A stretch of DNA of 64,000 nucleotides from Calcarisporiella thermophila CBS 279.70 (taxonomy: Eukaryota; Fungi; Calcarisporiellomycota): contig NW_027192216.1 in assembly GCF_041956535.1 (NCBI RefSeq), positions 315,807-379,806 on the forward strand. Reading direction: 5' to 3'. Position 1 is the stretch's first letter. The number at the start of each line of letters is the position of its first letter. The translations under genes and the position numbers were made by a program. A model generated the notes under the pieces. It searched no databases and was not told the DNA's origin. It was given only the letters and a program-made list of their open reading frames with translations. Positions 13,078 through 27,519 of this stretch are shown piece after piece.

Positions 13078-16000
13078 TTAAAATACATTTTTAGGCGTAA
13101 CGATCGCTTTTGCCCGCAACTGCATTTCTTCGACCATGCTCATGTGTTCTCTCACCCATTCTTCAATTCGATGCATGGCATGGGTCCCATAAGGCAAGCA
13201 AAATGAATGTCCCTGCTTGATTTCCGAGCTCTCCGACGCTCGAACATTATGTAGTCCATGCTGTAGGTCGTAGGTGAGGTATATAATGTTTGAAAGAAAA
13301 ATAATATCGTCCTCCTAAATATATAGAATTAATACAAAGAAATAAAAATATCCAAAATTGCTAATATTACTTGGCACAATTCCTTTAAGTTCCATCCATC
13401 CATTTTCTCGAAGTGTACGTGTACAATATTACCAGTGTGATCTCCGAGGAACATAGATTGACTGGAATAGATTCTATCTCTGACAAAATGTTTTTCGGGT
13501 GTTGTGATGTCTAAATTTAAAAAACAAAGTTAATGGTATTAGCGTACTAACAAGCCAGAGTTAATATATTCATATATTTACACAGGACTATTCCAGCCAT
13601 ATCCACCTCAGAGTATCGCTGCACATAGTTCAATTCATCAAACGAAAGTGCCTCACGAGGCAAATAAAGTGAGCGGGCCATACGGTCCTCACATATCGGC
13701 ATCAATTCCCAACGAGTACTTCGGTTGGCTGTTAGACGGATAGGGTCAGAACGGCTAGTGGAGAAATGTCGAAAGCTAGAAGTATTTAGACAATAGATCT
13801 ACACGGAAATTAGCAGAGATGATTTGGTAATATGTGCATTTTAAAGCATCATACTCTGTATCGATTTCCCTCTGCAAGCTGCTCTACTAATTCCTCACTC
13901 GGTCCCCATATGCTCAAAATTGCCTCTCGACTTGGATGTTGATCCTTGCGAGGATAATCGCACACTCTTAGTTTAAGTAGAGGAGTAACATTTCGCAAAA
14001 TTTTCTTATCCTATTCATTTAAAATGTAAGTCCAACTTGAAAGTATATTAAAAGTGGATACTACTTTTATACGAGAGTCAAATTCTGCTTGTAAGTCTGC
14101 ACGCTTCTCATCTCTCTGCCTGCCCTCCACGTATTCATACTGTGCTATCTGATCTGTTATATCTGATATCTTTATAGGGTTTTCATCTGGAGAGAGGAAG
14201 GGTTTCAAAATTGACCCGTAAAATAGAGGAAAAGTTTAAGGTTACCTTCATTGATTACATCGCTCCATATTTTATCTGCGATATTCTCATATATTTGCTA
14301 AAATTTCAAATTGGCAATGAAAAGGTTGTTATTAGCAAAAAATATATAACTAAACTCGATATTAAGGTTCTCGTACCTGATGCCTCCGTGACGCTTGATC
14401 TTCCTCTCGTTTAATTCTCACAATCCTGCGACCCTCACCCAAATTTTCAACATAAACTATTGGATATTTCCTTGTGATGACTACGTCCAATGCTGCAATT
14501 GCACCACCGTCATAAGAGAGGTTATCAATTGAAACATAAAAGATAGGGGATGGTTGGTAGCCTAGGCGAATATCCCAGCGTGCAATTCGTGTACTATTAG
14601 CAGTGAGGCGGAGGCGAAGATTTTCGGGCACATCAAGCACAGGAACCGCCTCATCCCATCCAATAAGCTGCAGTACAAATGTAAATAACTAAATAAACTC
14701 ACGAGAACGGTTTAGATTACCTTTGCTCCTATTATCGCTAATTTATATCCTATCTTAATTTTGGATCTTAATAAAGCACGCGTTAATGGAGGATCGATAC
14801 TCGCGCGAATTTTATACCATCCATCGGTCAACTCAAGACCATATACGGTTTCTGCTGTGTTTTCACCTGTTCATAGAAATTGAGATGAATTATAATTCCA
14901 TAAGTTTTCGCTTTGAAAAACGTAACACCTTTACAAGTATTTTCCTTAAATACGCCACAAATACATAATACAAGGTATCGTGATGGTGAATCGTCCCTCT
15001 CTATAATGCGATGCAATGCTGATCTTTGAGCCATGTTTATTTCTCGTTCATACCTATTATAAATAACGTCAAATAAATAAAGTCAAATCCAACACTACAA
15101 AAAAATGAATATAAAATACCTGTACTTCAATTGTTCCAAAACTTTTGTTGGACACCACCATTCCTTTATTTGAAATCGCGTGGGAAATAACCTAATCATG
15201 GATGCGAGTTTCCATACAATCCAACGATAATGGTTTTCCACCCATCTTGTATCGAGAGGCTTGGCTCCTGCAGCCAATAATTCCTCATATGCTTCATTTG
15301 GTCCCCAGGAATCATGTCGCGATAAATCTAAACCAGCTGGGGGGATAAATCGGTGGTGAATTGCACTTTCGGGATTCAATTTAAGAATTTCTGGTGGGCT
15401 ATTCAAATATTATTAAGTATCAAGTAGTTAAAACATAAGGCATCAACTTACATTTCAGAGCCTATTTCTTTAACTGAATATGGTTCATCATCATTTATCC
15501 ATTTTCCTAAGGATTTCCTGGTACCTTTAACTATACAGATAAGATCAATAAGATTTCTTGTAGGGAGTAGGGAGAATATAAATATAGTACTAACCACGTA
15601 TATCGAACATAATTCTTCCTATACTATTGTTTTTATCAAACGAAAGACCTGGCCCTTTTCTCGTCGGAGTCATAGTTAAATCGCCAACATTAAATGATGG
15701 ATGATTTTTATCTTTCCAAGGAGTCTTAAAAGGAGCAGGTCGTGATGCCGGACTCTTGAGAGCTTGCGAGCGAATTCTTTTTAGTCCACTAGAGGGTCTT
15801 GAAATACCGATAGGCTTCGGGGATCGAGGTGGCGGTGTTTTAAGCGCGCTTGAAGGTATTTCTCGCTGGAGTGAAGAAGGGTGCATTTGAAGTAAAGAAG
15901 TTGCGTTGATTTTAGGAGGAGGCGTCAAGGATACAATACTAGTGGAACCTCGAATAGGAAAACTGGGTGATGAAAATCCTTTTTCGGAACTACCAACCAA

Positions 16001-17054
16001 TTTACTAAAAGGTTGATTTCCATCTTCTTGTATTTCTTGTGTTATTTCAGTATTTTCAGAGAAAAGCCGCCTATTTTTATGATGCTTTGACAAATATGTT
16101 CAGTATAAATGCTAGAGTACTTTTCACTTACTTTTTTGGTGTAATCGGGATAGCGAAATCGATCTGTCCCGGACCAGAGTTTATATTTATATCTTCACTA
16201 AAATAAGCAGCCTTCGCTCTCTCTAATGCTTCATCTGATAAAGTTGGAAGAGCTAATCCACTTGCTGTTGCAAATCCACCGCAGCGGTTCCCCGACAGTC
16301 TTTCGCTAGCCCTGTCTGAGATATGCTCTCCTTTTTCGAACAGAGCATGCGCCTTTTTCATAGATTCTTCAGAAGGTTTTGCAAGTGTACGTCCGCTTGC
16401 TGTCTTGAAACCACCAAAGCCTCCAGATATCTTATCAGAATATTCTAAAATGCTGTTGTAAGTCTATTTTATAAGATACAATAAGTAAATTAAGGAGCGC
16501 TTGTAGCTTTTAACCAGATGCCTGAATCATACCCCCTTATTATTAATGAATTCGTTGTGGAGTGATTTAATATTATCATTCGGCTCCGCTATCATATATT
16601 TCTCATTCTCCTTGTTTTCTTTGTCTACTTCCTCTAGCAATGCCCTAGCACGCTTTAGAGATTCGGAAGATGGGGGTGGCAAAGATTTTCCACTAGCAGT
16701 TTCAAAGCCATTGAAAATAATGGGAGATTTAGTTATAATCGAGTGATCCTCAATATTCTATTTTCAAAGTAAATTAGTTAGGCAGTTGAACATATGGTAA
16801 GGGGCATTCATAACCATACTCACAGCTGAAAATTCTACAAAGCTTGCTCTAGCAGCCATATTCTCGCTTTGTTTGCGTTCTGGGGAAATCCGAGGGGAGT
16901 TATTCTCAAATCTCGATAAATTAATATTTGCTCCAGTGTTTTTTTTATAGTAATTCTGCGAAGCAATTGAACTTAAAGCTTGATCATCGTCTAGATTTTG
17001 AGAGGTAGAGTTCTGGTGGGCATCAATGGAGGTCCCTATATTTGCATCATTCAT
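13078..17054 (-). CDS. BRCA2: BRCA2/Brh2 homologous-recombination mediator
   Basis: Three BRC repeats (GFETASGK, GFKTASGR, GFATASGL), a helical domain WVENHYRWIVWKLASM..QLKYRYERE, and OB1 motifs LTDGWY..IDPP and LRLTANSTRIARWD. The stop codon is at 13078. Confidence 0.93.
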
Positions 17055-17198
17055 ATTAACAATTATAATACTCAAAAATGTATTCGCGCTGAAAATTAGT
17101 ATTGAAGCGGGATATGAATACGCGAAAATTGCGCGATACGTCATAAATTAATCATAAATTTCTCTTTTGAAATTATTAAATATGCCAAGAGAAAAACG
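17055..17198. promoter_or_regulatory. Compact bidirectional promoter (BRCA2 / ML-domain gene) with CGCG-core MCB/SCB/E2F-like sites
   Basis: The divergent ATGs are only about 145 bp apart. The gap contains TTCGCGC, ACGCGAAA and TTGCGCGA in AT-rich DNA. Confidence 0.55.
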
Positions 17199-17785
17199 AT
17201 GCAACTATTTTATCTATTGTATTGTTTAATATATTTTACTATTGCGGATACTAAATCGTTGCCTCAAATCCCTTTCGATATCATAAATAGTGGCACTGGT
17301 GTATGGGATGATTGTGGTAATTCGAATGTATTACTACTTGTGTACAGTATAATAAAATTATTTATTATAGGGAAAAATGAAACAACAATTCATTCACAAT
17401 CTGTTGCTCTCACTCCATTTCCACCATTTCGTGGTCAAGATCTTGAAATACTCTGGAATGGTTCAACAGATTCACTTATAGATGAGACATATACCGCCAA
17501 CATTAGCATTCAATTGGGAGCAGTGATATTATTTAATCAGCCAAAAATATTATGCGAAGAGATTGGGCGCTGGGATTTGCAATGTCCTCTTAGAAAAGGA
17601 AATTATGAAGTAATAATTAAATAGATATTAGCTTCTTCTTTTAGGGAATTTACTTGTATTTATAATAGATCAAAGAGCGACTGGGAGTCCCTATAAGCGC
17701 ACCTCCTGGTCATTATCGATTGAGAGTATTAATAACTACAGAAAATGTTACTGCTGGATGTTTGAATATTCAATTCCAGTTATAA
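17199..17785 (+). CDS. ML-domain lipid-binding protein (NPC2 / PG-PI transfer protein-like), secreted
   Basis: Signal peptide, WDDC.., LTPFPPFRGQDLEI, LCEE...LQCPLRKG, and a last exon VPISAPPGHYRLRV..AGCLNIQFQL*. It has two introns. Confidence 0.85.
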
Positions 17786-18593
17786 TAGTTTGCAATAGAG
17801 CGTATTTATACCATGCTTCGCATAACATTACATCAATTATATGATTCAAATCAAATTTATAGTTGATTCAAGATAAAGAAAACAATATCCATCATATCAT
17901 GACTTATATTAATACTCTTGTGAACTCAAGGGATTCGAAAAAAGTAACGGGAAAATTTAGTTTTTTTTATAATACAATAATTTTAGTATATAGAATGCGA
18001 AACATAAAGCAATGTGAACATCTCTATTAGTTTCAATAGTTAATGCTATCTGTAAGTAATTGCCTTTAGTATTGATATGGCATTGGTAATTTTGACAGGA
18101 TGCCGTAAAAGCGTGAAAATTGTATAGCACAATTTATGCTCATCCATCTTTATTCATTGAAACTTATACTATAATATATGACCTTTTCTAGTAGCAGTAA
18201 ATGTCATTGTAATGTTCCATATATTTTTTGGTTATACTCGCACTTTTTTAAAGGAATTTAAGGTTATATGATTGAATTTGACGATCGATTTACAATTAAC
18301 AAGCACTGATCTTACAGCTTCATCTTCTTTTATTCTCATTTATATCGGAAATATTATATTAGCTGCTTTAAATAAATGACGTAGTTTTCATTTTAAAATC
18401 AAGCACAGAATATTTATATATACACAAATGAATAATGCCGGCTACATATGTATTACATTTGATTACTTCAAAATATGGACTTGGGATACATTCGCTGTAC
18501 GTTTCCATCCAATATCCTAAAACTCAGACATTCCTTTATTAAACAATATTAAATCTCGGACCAGTCTCTCAAATGAAAATAACAGTTTTCGTT

Positions 18594-20817
18594 TTATGAG
18601 GTAGGAGGAGGAGGGGGATTGGCTTCATTCGATGATGGAGGTGGTGGCGCAAGAGAATCCGCATCGGAGCCAGGGGGGGGGAGGAGGAGGAGCAGAATAT
18701 CCAGTGTAACCAGATTGCTAAAAATTTTGTAATAAGAGTTTAATTTATCACATTCAAAAAGAAATAGGCATATATATTTACCCAAGGCGACGTTCCAGGA
18801 GGGTTTGATCCGGGGGGTGGCGGAGCATAGCCTCCATATCCACTATATCCACCGTATCCAGCATAGCCTCCATAATTTCCATAGCCAGCATAACTACCGT
18901 AGCCACTGTACCCATCATAGCTTCCATAACCAGATTGTTGGTAAGTGTTCTGGCCCCACGGAGCTGTGCCAGGAGGAGCTTCAGAAGCCGACATTCCAGG
19001 TGGAGGTGGAGCAGCGACGCCAGGTGGCGCGCTACCTGTAGTGCCAGGAGGTCCCATTCCTTGCGTTTGTGGGGGCATGAGGGGTTGGGTTGATTTGCGC
19101 CATGGTGCAGATCCTCCTGCTGAACGTTGATTTGCCCATGGGGCGCTGTTTCCGCTACCAGAGGAAGGTCCATAATGTCCCATTTTCACACCAGCATCAT
19201 CTGTTCTTTCCCCGCCAATCTCTGCCATCAAACTGGCGTATTCATTATCCAGACTACTATTACGTTGTTGTGCTTGATATTGCGCGTCAGGATTGTTTCG
19301 ATGCATACAATCGCGCGCAGTGTGTCCGGCATTCCCACATACGCGGCAAATCAAATTTAGAGTGTAATTTTGTCGCTCAGGGCACTCATACTTACGGTGG
19401 CCAAGGGCACCACAATTCTGACATGTTTGATTCTCATCATCGCGAAGGGTTCCGTTAAGTGCAGCTAGTTCACGAAGTTGTTGACGCTTGAGCTCATTTT
19501 GCGTTTCCGGAACAGATGTAGCCTAGTTATATTAATAGGATATAAAATTATTGCGATAAATGTCTTCAGAATAAAAATGCTTACAGTTTCGATAACTTTT
19601 TGTATTAATTTGATTGCTTTCTTTACTTTTTCCTCGGAGTCAGCCGATACAAGACAATGCAAGTCTTCTTCTTGGCCAGATGCAGAATTGGCGTCCTTAG
19701 ATTTGCCCTCTTTTACACTCCCCTTGCCGCGAATGCTAATTTTCGCACCTGACTCGGATTCCATCTTCTTTAGTGTGTTTCCACGTGGTCCGATAAGAAG
19801 ACCAATGAAGTTTGTCTCTGGAAAATCTTTTACTGGGATGTATATCTAATAAATATACAAGTTGAATGTTTATAAAATTATTGCACAATGATATAAAGGT
19901 GAAAAATGATTTTACCTTATCTTGGGTTTTAGTTGGACGCCGATAATCTGTTGGGGGTTTGTATTCAGGGTCATTCTTAATAATATCCTCGATAAGTTTG
20001 TGGCGCTCGTCCTCAAGCTTCTTCCGGTACCGGAATTCACGAGTGTTCACACGTTTTCCTTCAGAGTTATATACTGGTTCAGGCGATGGAGACCTAGCAT
20101 GTAAAAAACCATAAATTTTGAATGAATGATCACATAATTTATAATATCCCGAGAGTGATCTAAAAGGATTACCTCTCGTGTTCAGGAGGAATAAAATCTC
20201 CAGTGCGAAGCTTTCTGCTAATTTCTTCAATTCGCAAACGATCTAGTAAAGGAAGACGAAAAAGTGTGAAATCATAATTGTGAATGAAAGTGTATATAAT
20301 TTATTTAAACGCTTACTTGCATATAAATGTAATTGATCAGATTTCAGATTAGAAGGGAGTGTAGTTGGCATTCCTGGGACAATAGCTTTATCATCTCTCC
20401 CACCCCAGCGGCTTCTTCGCTTTCTTTTTCGCTCCTTTTCTTCATCTACGAAAAAAAATACAACAATGAGGCAATGAATAGATGATTGATTTAGAAAAAT
20501 ATCGAACCTGCTTCTCCATTATTATTCTGATCAGCGCGATCGTTCGACCGCTTCAGTGATTTGTCATTCTCAAATGAAGAATGAGGAGGAGTGGGCCTAT
20601 GATAGTCACTTGAAGGAGGAGGAGGAGGAGGAGGTGGTGGTGGTGGTGGATAATTATGATTTGATGGAGGTGGGGAAGGGGGTGGTGGGGGTTCATCAGC
20701 AGGAGGGGGTGGTGGAGGAGGGGGGCGATTTGCATATGGGTCTCCCTGATTCATTCCCCCAAACTGTCGTTTTCCCAAAGGAACCACATTGGTACCCGTT
20801 GGTTTCCACATTGTCAT
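18594..20817 (-). CDS. MSL5: Branchpoint-bridging protein BBP/Msl5/SF1 (KH-QUA2, two zinc knuckles, Pro-rich tail); apparent frameshift in the last exon
   Basis: [38 protein letters not shown] motif, [11 protein letters not shown], and knuckles CQNCGALGH and [14 protein letters not shown]. Confidence 0.95.
18826..18933 (-). repeat. Coding low-complexity tandem repeat (GY[GS]/YGG units) within BBP
   Basis: Encodes [35 protein letters not shown], with about 9/18-nt periodicity. Confidence 0.75.
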
Positions 20818-21102
20818 AAAATTTACGATGATCTTGAAAGATGTAAAGGGTAGGAAGAGAAAAGGTAAGCAACAATAAAATCCAGCAACGTCATTATTTA
20901 GCTTTCGATCTCCGCACTCACCGGCCTCTTTGAGTTTGGGATTTTGAGGTGCGAAAAAACACAAGTATTTTTTTTTCGCGATTTGATAAAGGGTTCATCT
21001 TTCGCTTTTTTACTCTTTATCTAGATAAAGCAATCTGCTCTCCTTTTATATATATTTCTTTTATTAAAATTTTTCGGTGCTCTTGAATATTATTTTTGAA
21101 AA

Positions 21103-24100
21103 ATGACATCCGCTGGACATCCCCCTGGTGCACCAGCAGCGCCTCCGGTAGCAGTGCCTGCTCCGCCCCCTAACACTCAGCCCATGAGTAATCTTCAAAA
21201 GCTAGCTCAGGCAAATGAGCAGGCCTGGCTACAAATGGGTATTTAGTACAAGATTATATAGTTCCCAATTGTTTTTTACTAAATTTTGCACAAACTTTAG
21301 GAACTGTCGCTGAGATCATGATGGAGTATGATCGTGCAATGAGTTGCTACGAAGCCGCCCTTAATCATAGTCCATACTCGATCCCAGCTCTACAGCATAT
21401 TGCAGCATTGTGCCGTGGCAGAGAACAATTTGGAAGAGTGCATATTTTTTAATGATTTTTTTATCAAGTGCTATTTATTAATTCTAGCGACGAATCTAAA
21501 TAGGCAATAGAGTATTTTCAACGGATCTTGCGAATTCAAGAAAATAGCGGTGAAATCTGGGGAGCACTTGGTGCGCTACATAGTATTTTTATTTTATTCA
21601 GAGAACTTAGCTGATGTTATTATGTAATTCTATTGCGTAGGCCACTGTTATCTGATGATTGATGATCTTCAGCAGGCTTATCATGCATATCAACAGGCGT
21701 TGTATCACTTGCCAGATGCAAAAGTGAACCCCATACGTGACTTATATTTAGAAACACCATGTTTATTAATATCCTTCATTATAGGATCCTAAACTTTGGT
21801 ACGGCATCGGTATTTTATATGATCGATACGGCTCACTCGAACATGCTGAAGAAGCCTTTACTGCTGTAATGCGTATGGAGCCCAAGTTTGAAAAAGCAAA
21901 TGAGATCTATTTTAGACTTGGCATAATCTATAAACAACAGCAGAAATACGACCTAAGTTTACAGGTAGAAAGTTTTATCAAAGTGGCCAGATGAGGGCTT
22001 TTTTTTCTCATTTCTTTCGATTGTAGTGCTTCCGTTATATTTTGAATTCCCCCCCTAGGCCTTTGACAGAAATTGATGTATGGTTCCAGATTGGACATGT
22101 TTATGAGCAACAAAAGGAGGTAAGCATATATTTGTAGTTTAGCACACTTTGGCATTTGCATGTTCACACAATTTTTGTAGTATAATCTTGCAAAGGAAGC
22201 ATATGAAAGGGTCTTACAGGAGAATCCGGACCATGCTAAAGCGTTACAGCAATTGGGGTGGCTTTATGACCAAAATGGAGCTAGTTTTGCCAACCAAGAG
22301 ATGGCCATCAACTATTTGACACGCTCTCTAAAAATTGGTGAGTATTTTTCTATTATTGATATTTGGGCCTATTCTTATCTTTTTCACCCATTAATATAGA
22401 TGGAAACGATGCACAGTCTTGGTACCTTTTGGGCCGATGCTATATGGCTCAGCAAAATTATAGTAAGGCATATGAAGCATACCAGCAAGCTGTATATCGA
22501 GACGGGCGCAATCCCACGTTTTGGTGTTCAATAGGTGTGCTCTATTACCAAATCAATCAGGTTTGTTGTTAGATCTCCTTGAGATGAATTATTTTGTATT
22601 GTTGTGTTTTATATATTAATCTAAATTCTATTCTCTAGTATCAAGACGCGCTGGACGCATATAGTCGTGCAATCCGTATCAATCCAATGATAAGTGAGGT
22701 GTGGTACGATTTGGGAACATTATATGAATCATGCAACAACCAACTTCAAGATGCACTCGACGCATACCAGCGGGCGTACGAACTCGATCCTTCAAACCCA
22801 CATATAAAACAACGGCTTACATTAGTTAAACAAGCTCTGCAACAAGGAGTGTGAGTATTCAAATATAAGTATTTTATTTTTTTTTTCGCTTATTTTTATC
22901 TCATGCTCTTTAATAGGGCTCCGGCAACAGCTGCACCGATGCCCCAAGACGTTAATTTGCAAGCATATCATCAGAATGCTAACGCGGCTTCTAATGGTCC
23001 AGCACCCCACTTCAACCAGGCACCACCTGTTGGGGGGCCACCTCCTGGAACGAATGGCCCAGCCTCTGTATCAGGTCCTCCGGGTAACGGTCCTGGCGGA
23101 ATAAATGCCTATCCCTTATCCAGTCGAGGCGGGGCTTTTGGAGGACCAGGTGGATCGTCTGAGAATTATTCAAGCAGCCATAGTCTACCAGCACCACTTG
23201 GTATGCCCACTACAAACCCACTTAGTCAAACTCCAGCTCCTCCGGGCCAACTCCACGCAGACTCACGTGCCCCTGAAGATACGAAATTGGCCGATTTCGA
23301 TGGAAGGGCTTCTACTCCATCCGCACCTCCTCAGCAGCAACCACATCAACATGAGTTTGCCCAAGGCCCTATACATTCGCAACAACAGCAGCAACTTCAG
23401 CATGCTCCACTTCCAACGCGTCAACCTTATACCAAAACACCTAGGCCTGATGGGCTTGCGTCGCCTCATATCTCACATATGCAACAAGATCGGCGCTTGG
23501 GCTCTCCTACCCCTTCGCAAGCTGCTGCTCGTGGTGGCGTATCACAACATAATTCTCGTGCCAGCTCTCCCCATATTCCTCCAAACACAGTTTCGCACAG
23601 TCACCCTTATGACTCGCCACGCCTTCAAGAAATCCCGCGAATTGCACATAAAGGGTATGAGCAGCAACAGCAAGCTCCAGAAATTGCAACTGCTAGAGAT
23701 CGCGAAGCCATCACATCAACTACTCCTACTTTATCAGAAGGTCGTCAGATCGCAGGAATGGGACCAGAGGCACTTGGTGAATCGGCACCAAATGAAAGAC
23801 GGTTTATTTCAGCTATGGCTGATTCTAATGACGAACGTAAGTCTACTTCGGCAGTCGATCAATCTCAACAGTTATTACGGCCAATTGAGGTCAGAGAAGA
23901 GAACACAGGAGAATCGGATACAATGGCAATCGACCAAAATGATTCCGCGGAAAAATCTGAGTTCGAACCCTCTGCAGCTTCAACTATTAAACACGAAAAG
24001 GCTGAAGTAGAAGAAAAGCTCCCTGGCATGAGGACCAGTGATGACCAATCTAACGATCTCGGAGAGGTGGATGTTCCTCCTCCAACAATGTCGTCTCGCA

Positions 24101-24429
24101 CCGTTGACGAAGATTATGATGAGAATGAGACAAGTGAGACGGTTGAGACATCAGGCACTGCCGCAACCTCTGCCCCTAATGTGTACGGTGCCAATACAGT
24201 GAATGCGAGAAAACGATCATTGAGCGCGGGACCACCTGATTCTTTAGCTAAGCGGTCGAAGCCTTCTGAAACTGTATCTAAAAATGGAGAAAATGAAGAG
24301 GACGAGGAGATTGTAGAAGAAGAGGGATCGGTTGGTGATAACACAGCTGAAAAGAAGAGTATGAGAGTTGAGGCAGAAATGGAAACTAACGGAAAAGATT
24401 CTTTAGCAGAAAAAGAAAGGGCAAATTAA
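21103..24429 (+). CDS. SSN6: General transcriptional corepressor Ssn6/Cyc8 (TPR repeats)
   Basis: QKLAQANEQAWLQMG, DPKLWYGIGILYDRYG, ANEIYFRLGIIYKQ, DAQSWYLLGRCYM..AYQQAVYRDGRNPTFWCSIGVLYY, followed by a long disordered Q/P-rich C-terminus. It is divergent from BBP with about 285 bp between ATGs. Confidence 0.95.
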
Positions 24430-24768
24430 ATTTATGGATAATTTCTATACAAATATTTTCTTTTTACCTAGTGATATTTCTTGTTATTTTATTGCTTAGC
24501 TTTATCTTTACTATTTTTATAACACGCGTAAGTTTCCCCTTCTTTCCCTTTAAATTCTTTTCGTTTGGATTATTTGGCCTATTGGATTATTTTCTTTGGA
24601 TGTATGTGAATTACTATGATTATAATTATCTAAAAGAAAATTTTTCATTCGTTAACACCTAAGAAATGGTGCCATTTTTAGGTTTAAATTAATTGTCGGC
24701 AGCAAAGAAATCCTATTTTGTTCAAATATAAATTATAAATAAACAAACTTTAAGAGAAATTAATCCAA

Positions 24769-27101
<2,333 letters not shown>

Positions 27102-27519
27102 TACAGAAAGGAGTGAAGCCGAGATGCTTTATGTTTTCAATCAAAGATGGATCTGATATCCACGGACAACCACCTGGAGAAAGAGTTTAAATCAATTCTG
27201 GGTAAGTAGAATTGTGACTGTCTTTTCATCCAACGTGTGTATGAATTCTGCGGATGAAAAATACATAAGGGGTTGTATAATATACATCCGCCATACCTTT
27301 CAATGTATATTCTTGAAATATACGTTAAGCTGCTCTTTCCTTTTCTTTCTGCGTGTTAACTACCTTATAATTTTCTCATCTCGTATCCGGGTCCTATATT
27401 AATCTGAATAATTCAAGGTGGCTTGGTTTACCAACTATTACGGAAAATACCTAGAACGCGTTCTACAGTTTTGAACATAATCATAGCACCTCGTTCATTC
27501 GGATGATGTACTTTGATCC

